A DNA stretch of 64,000 nucleotides from Marsupella aquatica. Its lineage: Eukaryota > Plantae > Marchantiophyta. Below are positions 57,562 through 64,000 of this stretch, piece by piece. The stretch covers positions 461,558 through 525,557 of the forward strand of contig OZ316891.1 of the NCBI GenBank assembly GCA_973895155.1, in the 5' to 3' direction. Each line of letters begins with the position of its first letter. The stretch's first letter is position 1. A program made the position numbers and the translations under genes. The notes under the pieces were generated by a model. That model had not been told where the DNA came from. It saw only the letters and a program-made list of their open reading frames with translations, and searched no databases.

Positions 57562-60437
57562 TTTCAATGTAAAGCCTTCCTCCAGTTTTTTTTTTTTGTT
57601 TGTCAAATGCAAACTACGCATAGTTTTGACAGTCCAGAATTCCATTCTCGACTGGCATGTGTAGCAATTTTTGGTTGCACGGCATTAGAGTAGAGACGCA
57701 ACTTCCACATGCCTTTTGACTTTTGCTGATTGGCTACCCCAGGTATCCTCAACGTGATCTCTTGCTCAGACATATATAGAAATTCACAAGCCAAGATTTT
57801 GCTATAAGAGAATTTTGTACAGTTCGTTGTCTCAAATTGTAGCAGAGAACCTCCCCTACATATAGTATGCCATGCCTTGCTTAACAGTACTTTGACATTC
57901 AAAGCAAGAAAAGCGTTCATAGGCATGAAACCGTTCATATTCATTGCCAAGATCTTCTAAATTAAAGGTTTTCTGAGGGATGGTGGCCGATTCACAGTGG
58001 GGAGAGGGACACTGTTATGTTTCGTGACGTTGTTGCTTTTCTCATTATTGTGATCATCGGGTGCACATTACCGTGCTGGTTGAAGTTAGGAAAGCCATGT
58101 CCACCCATGCAACAATTTCTGCGGTGTGTTCTGCGATGTCCTTGCAACCCGTACGAAACTGTGAGCTCGTCTTGCAAAATCAGAATGAAATTGTGCGACT
58201 TGTTTTTTTCTTCACATAATTAAAAAAAACCAAAACGTTGAGACTCGATGCATTGATATTTGGAGGACCCTTGGCTGTCACCGTTTGCTCTACTGCCCGT
58301 CGCCACTCGAGATCAATTGCCGGGGGCATCCTGAACCCGGCAGTGTACTCAATGTCCAATTGTAGGCCCAATTGTTTTTTGTTTTGGTTTTTTGGTCAGG
58401 CCCAAATTACTCCAGTCCCTTGAGTCATCAAATGCAGCGTAATCAATGCGCAGTGTCGATTGACCGAGACCACCTCCCCCCCAAATTCCACTTCCACAGC
58501 GTAATCAATGCGCAGTGTCGAGTGACCGAGACTACCTCCCCCCCCAAATTGCACGTCCAAAAATTCCAACGTCTTACCTCTAGTACACGTCTATCCGCAA
58601 CTAGTGATGCAAAATCATGGAGAATCTATTTGAATTTAGAAGTGCAATCAGAAATAATTCAATTTGACAAAATAACGGTTTGTTTCTGAAACATTGGGCC
58701 AACCTCTTTTATACGCTCACGAATGAGAAAATTACTCGATATCTCGATATTGTCATGGATGAATCTGGACAAAGCCTGGATAACACGCACTATGTATCTG
58801 GTTGAAGAATCGGTCCAGGTTAATCTTTGCTTCATCACACCCTCAAATAACCAATATTTATAATGATTCTGTCTTTCTTACTGTGCCATACAAATCTACT
58901 GCATATGGAAATTTCATTAAAAAAAGCAGTCTGCAGCCTGCTGTAACTCTTTGTTACCATGAGAGATATAGCTGACGGACCCTCAAAATGAAGTGTAATT
59001 TGATAGACCCTAAAATCTCATGGGGTCCATCAAGTAACACTTTCATTTTAGAGTTCCAACAAGTAAACCTCTCTTGTGACCATAGATGAAAGAAAAGTAC
59101 TAAATAAATTCTGGCTTGATTTTCGTGGTTATGAGTACATGAAACTAATGATACAGACTGGAGCAAACTGTTGGAGAGCTGACTGCAACAACTCGTGAAC
59201 AAACATCAGTGCTATGTCGGAAACATCACCTTTCTCTGTTGGCACTTAAATTTTAGTACCCCAACAAAAGTGCAGTCACATTACCTAGAGCCTTGAGCTA
59301 GTGGGTCCAACGAAAGCTCCATCATAGCCTTGATGGAAAGGTTGTCTAGTGAATAGATCGCACTTTCCAGTGGAGCACAGGAAGCTTTTTACTTGAGCAG
59401 CTATTGCTGAAACTTTACCTTTTTCCTAAAGGCCTAACTTCCGTCAATGATACTGATACATGTAACGATTTGCCTCACTCCAAACTCACCATAAATCCGA
59501 TAGTCAAGGTCCTTTGAAGGTTGCTCGCAATCCCGATTTTCATGCACAGACAAAGCTCACAGATGTGATACCGTTTTTTCATGCATAGACAAGACTCACA
59601 GATGTCCCAGTCTAACAAAACATATAGAAGTCCAAGTGCCCCACAGACAAAAGATGTACAAGTCCATCTTCACTTCCATTGGGTGTGAGTTTTGAAGGGG
59701 AAGCTAAGTTCACAATTTCTAATCTGGCCGCTGTTCTTAAGGCATTCCTTAGTTCACATCGAGCTCGACTTTTTCGACATTCATTACTTGTCTATTACGT
59801 TTAGATTGTTTTCATCATTGCGTACAGTTGGAAGAGGTTGTAATCAGTGATAGATTAGATGATCAGCAATTGAGCATAATCCCTGCATGTCTTGTCGGCT
59901 GCAGGTCACCTGGGAATCCTGTCTTGATTGGGTGGAGTTGAAGGATGTTAGTAATCACTGAAAGATTAGACGCTCCGCAAGTGAGTTTAATCCTGGCATG
60001 TACTGTCGGCTGCAGATCACCCGAGAATTCTGTCTTCACAGTTAGTCTGTTAGTTAGGATCTCCGATCAGTCATGGCTCTGGCGTGTACTTTTATTGGCT
60101 CCCACCGGATCCACACTCATTCTACACATCACTAAGATACGACGTGTTCTATAGAAGCAAGCCGGTATGGGAGTGGCCATTCCTCTCTCAACGTACAGCT
60201 ACCAGTACATAGACCTCCACATTCCTCTCTCAAGCAGGAGATTTGCTTGATGTGGCGATGGGGTCCTAAACCCAACCTCGTGTTTAATTGGGGCCCATTC
60301 GTGAAATTTACTTGGAAGAACTCCCGTTCCACAGTCATCGTTCCTTGTACTCGTGCTTCTGTCATGCTGCTTGCGTTAATAGAACGCGGATCACCCTATC
60401 ATGTGGATACGGAAAATTTAATTTAGACTATCAATTA

Positions 60438-60740
60438 TTATTTTTTGCCTTGAAACAAGGACAGACCCATCCAACAGAGTATACAAAACTACTACGGAGC
60501 TGGAGCCTCTTTATGGTAGCCACAAAGTCATACCCAGGGATCCAGACCAGGGGGGAGGGGTCTGGGGATAGACGGTTGAACCAGAGCCTCAACCAGAGCC
60601 CCATAGCGGACCAGCTGGGAGAAAGCAATACTGCCACCATTACACCCCACCCTCCACACCCGTTGCATGTGAGGGGAGGATTGAACCTGGGACCTCTTGG
60701 TTCTAGGCTAATCCCATGGCCAACTGACCGAAGCCAGTTG
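60438..60740 (-). mobile_element. Candidate tRNA-derived SINE (~300 bp)
   Basis: The minus strand starts AACTGGCTTCGGTCAGTTGG (A-box-like)...CAGGTTCAATCC (B-box) and ends in an A-rich tail. TSD is imperfect at best. Confidence 0.5.
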
Positions 60741-60983
60741 TTTAACTATATTATTTGAAACAAATATTTTTTCTTTACGCGCAAGTCAGGAACATCTACT
60801 GTAGGTAGCACCTATGATTCTTAACTAACTTCTCAACGCCTCAATATCCTTAGAGTTGCCCAGCCATGATCCTCAACCCCAGGTAGTCCAGGAAATGAGA
60901 AACGGCGAAGATCATTCAAGTTCCATCATAGGTAAATATGCTGGACAATAACTCAAGGTCAATGCAAAATCAGCAAGAGATCC

Positions 60984-63915
60984 TCAGTAATCCACCCCAC
61001 CCATGCACCCCATACCGCCAGGAGGGAATGGAGGGGCATCATCCTTTGGCAACTCGGTGACAACGGCTTCTGTCGTCGTCAACAACGAGGAGACACTGCA
61101 ACAAGAGAAGAGTAAAAGTCAGACACCATAAACATCGATTTCTGCATCGGTTTACTCAAATTTGCCAAAAAAAAGGGTCATGCCTTGCAGCATCTGTAAG
61201 GGCTGTCCTAATCACCTTGACCATATACACAATCACCTGGAGGGTATAAAAGCAAAATACAAGGATAAGTCCACTTCCTACGTTGGCTCACTCACATAAA
61301 ACCAGGGTAGGGTCCACAAAACATACTCACTGAAATTATTCCGTCCAATTAGGACAAAGTTGAGCTCTCTTCAAAAGGTGTTCCCTTCTCTAAAAGGAAA
61401 TCCACCTGTTGGAACTAGCGCCCTGTTCGCAAGGCATGTGCACGGATTACACAACTCGACTTACCCTTACAATTTTCACAAGTACAAACAGATATACAAA
61501 AGCCGAATCCTCTTAAATTTGACACCAATCACTCCACTTAAAAGGGACAACCATTCCTCTCCTGTCATTGATCAATTGATTCAACTAGGTCATTGCTGCA
61601 ATGCCTCGTTATGCTTCAGCTGCTGCATCTCCCTCATCATTACCGGATATGAAGTCATTCGTATTACAGAGATAGGGAAAGTCACACACCTGCATCATAT
61701 CTCATTTCTAGGCCCACTACAACTGCTCCTTCCACTCCAGCGTTTTGTGCTATAGTGTAGGCAAACATCTATCCAAATTAATTGACACGTGTTAATGACA
61801 CACTATAGCTCGATCAGTGGAGTTGACAAGCAAATGTCGCCCTAAATGCACAACACAATGAATGAATCAGTGATCTCCTCATTGAGCATATGTGAACTCA
61901 CTTTTGGTATTATCAAATGAAGACAAACCTTGAGCGCATTCTGGATAATTTGAACACCAACTTTTCGATCGAAGTTAGGAGTCTGGATTTTCTCCTACTT
62001 CCGAGATGCATACGACAGAGCTACTCCTATTCCTGGAAATAATTGACGATCAAGTAAATCAACTAGCTGGAGAGTTTATTATAAATCTGGACAAATAATA
62101 CAGAGGTACCAGCAACGGACAGAGACTAAAAATACACTCACTAGGTACGATTCCTTCCTCCCCAGCAGCCTTGATTGCGTTCAAAGCATCGGTTACCCGG
62201 TCCTTCTTCTCACTGACCTCAACTTCACTGGCGCCCCCAACCTTAAAGATGGCAATCGACAAAGGTCAGCAACAAACTAATGCAAGAAAGGAGAAACTAT
62301 CAACTTCTGAGAACAAGAGATAACATTTCATATCCAACATACCTTCATGACAGCAACGCCCCCAGAAAGCTTTGCTAAGCGCTCCTGCAGTTTTTCCTTG
62401 TCGTAACCTGAGGTAGCTGACCTAATAGTTTCCCTGCTCTGCAAAGGTCATCAATGACATTCATTAGAATGAACTCGCAAAATAACAAGGGCAAATACCG
62501 AGAGCCCATATAAACTGCAAGCCTAATCTTAGCACGTAACTGCTCTATGCGCTCTTCCATCAAATTTTTGTCACCGGATCCATCTAGAATGATTGTCTCA
62601 TCTTTGGAGAGTGTCACCTGCAAGGGACCGAAACACATAACTACAGACAGAAAAATCCCCACATGCTACGTAATCGACTTAAGTCTGGCCTGAAAATGTC
62701 TCTTGGGTAGTAAATTGTTTAATCATTGAGTTATCTCAGGTGTTAGGCAGAAATATGACGAATCAAAAAAGTAAAACACTTGTGATTGAGATACTGGGAA
62801 GGTTACTCCATTGAAAAACACGATCAAGGGGGTGGCATAGAAGCACCAACTTCAAGCAGTTAAAGATATATGAGAAACGCTTATTCACGGATCTGAACCC
62901 AATGACCCTATTCTACGACGACGTTTCCATAAAGCAAAATATGTTCTTACTAACCATTTTGGCTCTTCCCAGCATAATGAGCTGAATCTTTTCAAGCATC
63001 AGCCCCAAATCCTCACTGATTAATTGCATCCAATATATAAGGAAATCCGAGCTTAGAGTTGGCAAACACATACAGGCACAAAACTTAAGATTTAAAAGAC
63101 TTCCCTAGAATGTATATACTTGACCACCGGTAAGGAGAGCAAGATCTTGTAAGTAGGCCCTTCTGTTTCTCCAAATCCGGGAGCCTTAATGGCAGCCACC
63201 TGTTGCAAGAACACATCATGGTCAGCAAATACTTACATAATATTGGGGTACAATATGAGAACCATGTAAAGAAAAGAATAGCATAGATCACCCTTGCTCT
63301 TAGTGTCAGGGACAATTCGACCACTTAACTTTATTGCAATAAAAGCAGAAACCTTACATTAACACCAGCTCGCAACTTCTTCAAGATGAGAGTTGCCAAG
63401 GCTTCTCTTTCAACATCCTTAGCCACAATTAGAAGAGAGCGTTGGTCCTGCACCACAGTTCACTTTATGAATGGGTTTGAAGCTTAGAATCTGAGCTCCG
63501 TTTCAAACATCCGATAAAAGGGACTACCAGAGCAGAGAAACGTAAGTGCACTTACTCGCACAACCATCTCCAGAAGTGGCAGGATGGAATTCAGACCTGA
63601 ATTTTCTTGACATGAATCGAAATAACTGGGTTTCCCAATTCCTGTTGTGTAACCACAAGTCAGTTCAGAAAGAAATTTGTAATTTGATTTACAACAAATA
63701 TCAAACAAAGTGGACATATTTGTAAATGCTTCATGCAAGATTCCTCTGGAAAAAAAGACAGAGGGTAAAACCCATTATCGAAAGATTCTCGTCAAGGTCC
63801 AGGTTATTGAACAATTACCACTTTTGAGGACTTAATAGAGGAAGGAGATATGTAGCCTCGGGCAAGCTTCATGCCCACTACAACTGCCAGTTCGTTGTAA
63901 AGAGTTCTTCCGTCC
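60984..63915 (-). pseudogene. CPN60: Mitochondrial-type chaperonin 60 (HSP60/CPN60), 3' part, intron-containing but disrupted; 5' part off the window
   Basis: [65 protein letters not shown]...[11 protein letters not shown]. Lesions: 1-nt loss in GENRRA (~63165), in-frame TAG at ~61995, loss of AGIIDPLK (~61215), and one expected exon not found. Confidence 0.82.
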
Positions 63916-64000
63916 TGCAAAATAATTTTCATCTATTACTTAAAAGAAGGAAGAACAATGGGAAATGCACAAGTTTGCACAGGCAGGACTAGTCCATTGA

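Noticed and set aside
56098-58552. ~88-bp duplication in ASB intron 2 and ~62-bp duplication at ~58435-58552
   Set aside because: Ordinary local tandem duplications with no sign of function.

Overview
Repeat-dense nuclear DNA of a land plant, probably a non-seed plant such as a bryophyte (inference from GT-AG intron genes and plant-type TEs). Positions 1-49 kb are a deep nest of transposons. Ty3/Gypsy material includes a 4.65-kb LTR that itself encodes a ~1,200-codon PMD-like/coiled-coil protein, a decayed pol and two inverted solo LTRs. There is also a non-autonomous CACTA element and a truncated Ty1/Copia. Two large DNA transposons stand out: a complete 13,050-bp Sola1-like element (TIRs plus 4-bp GAAT TSD, with a second truncated copy) and an ~11.2-kb Mutator-like element. 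Although unrelated, both share one design: a transposase transcribed divergently from an intron-containing cargo gene that fuses a ParB-like domain to a beta-class amino-(N4C/N6A)-methyltransferase-like domain with a degenerate catalytic motif, plus an element-specific short motif repeated only in non-coding or intronic DNA. Host genes at the right end are an intact anthranilate synthase beta subunit and a decayed mitochondrial CPN60/HSP60 copy. All domain calls were made by eye from motifs; no searches were run.
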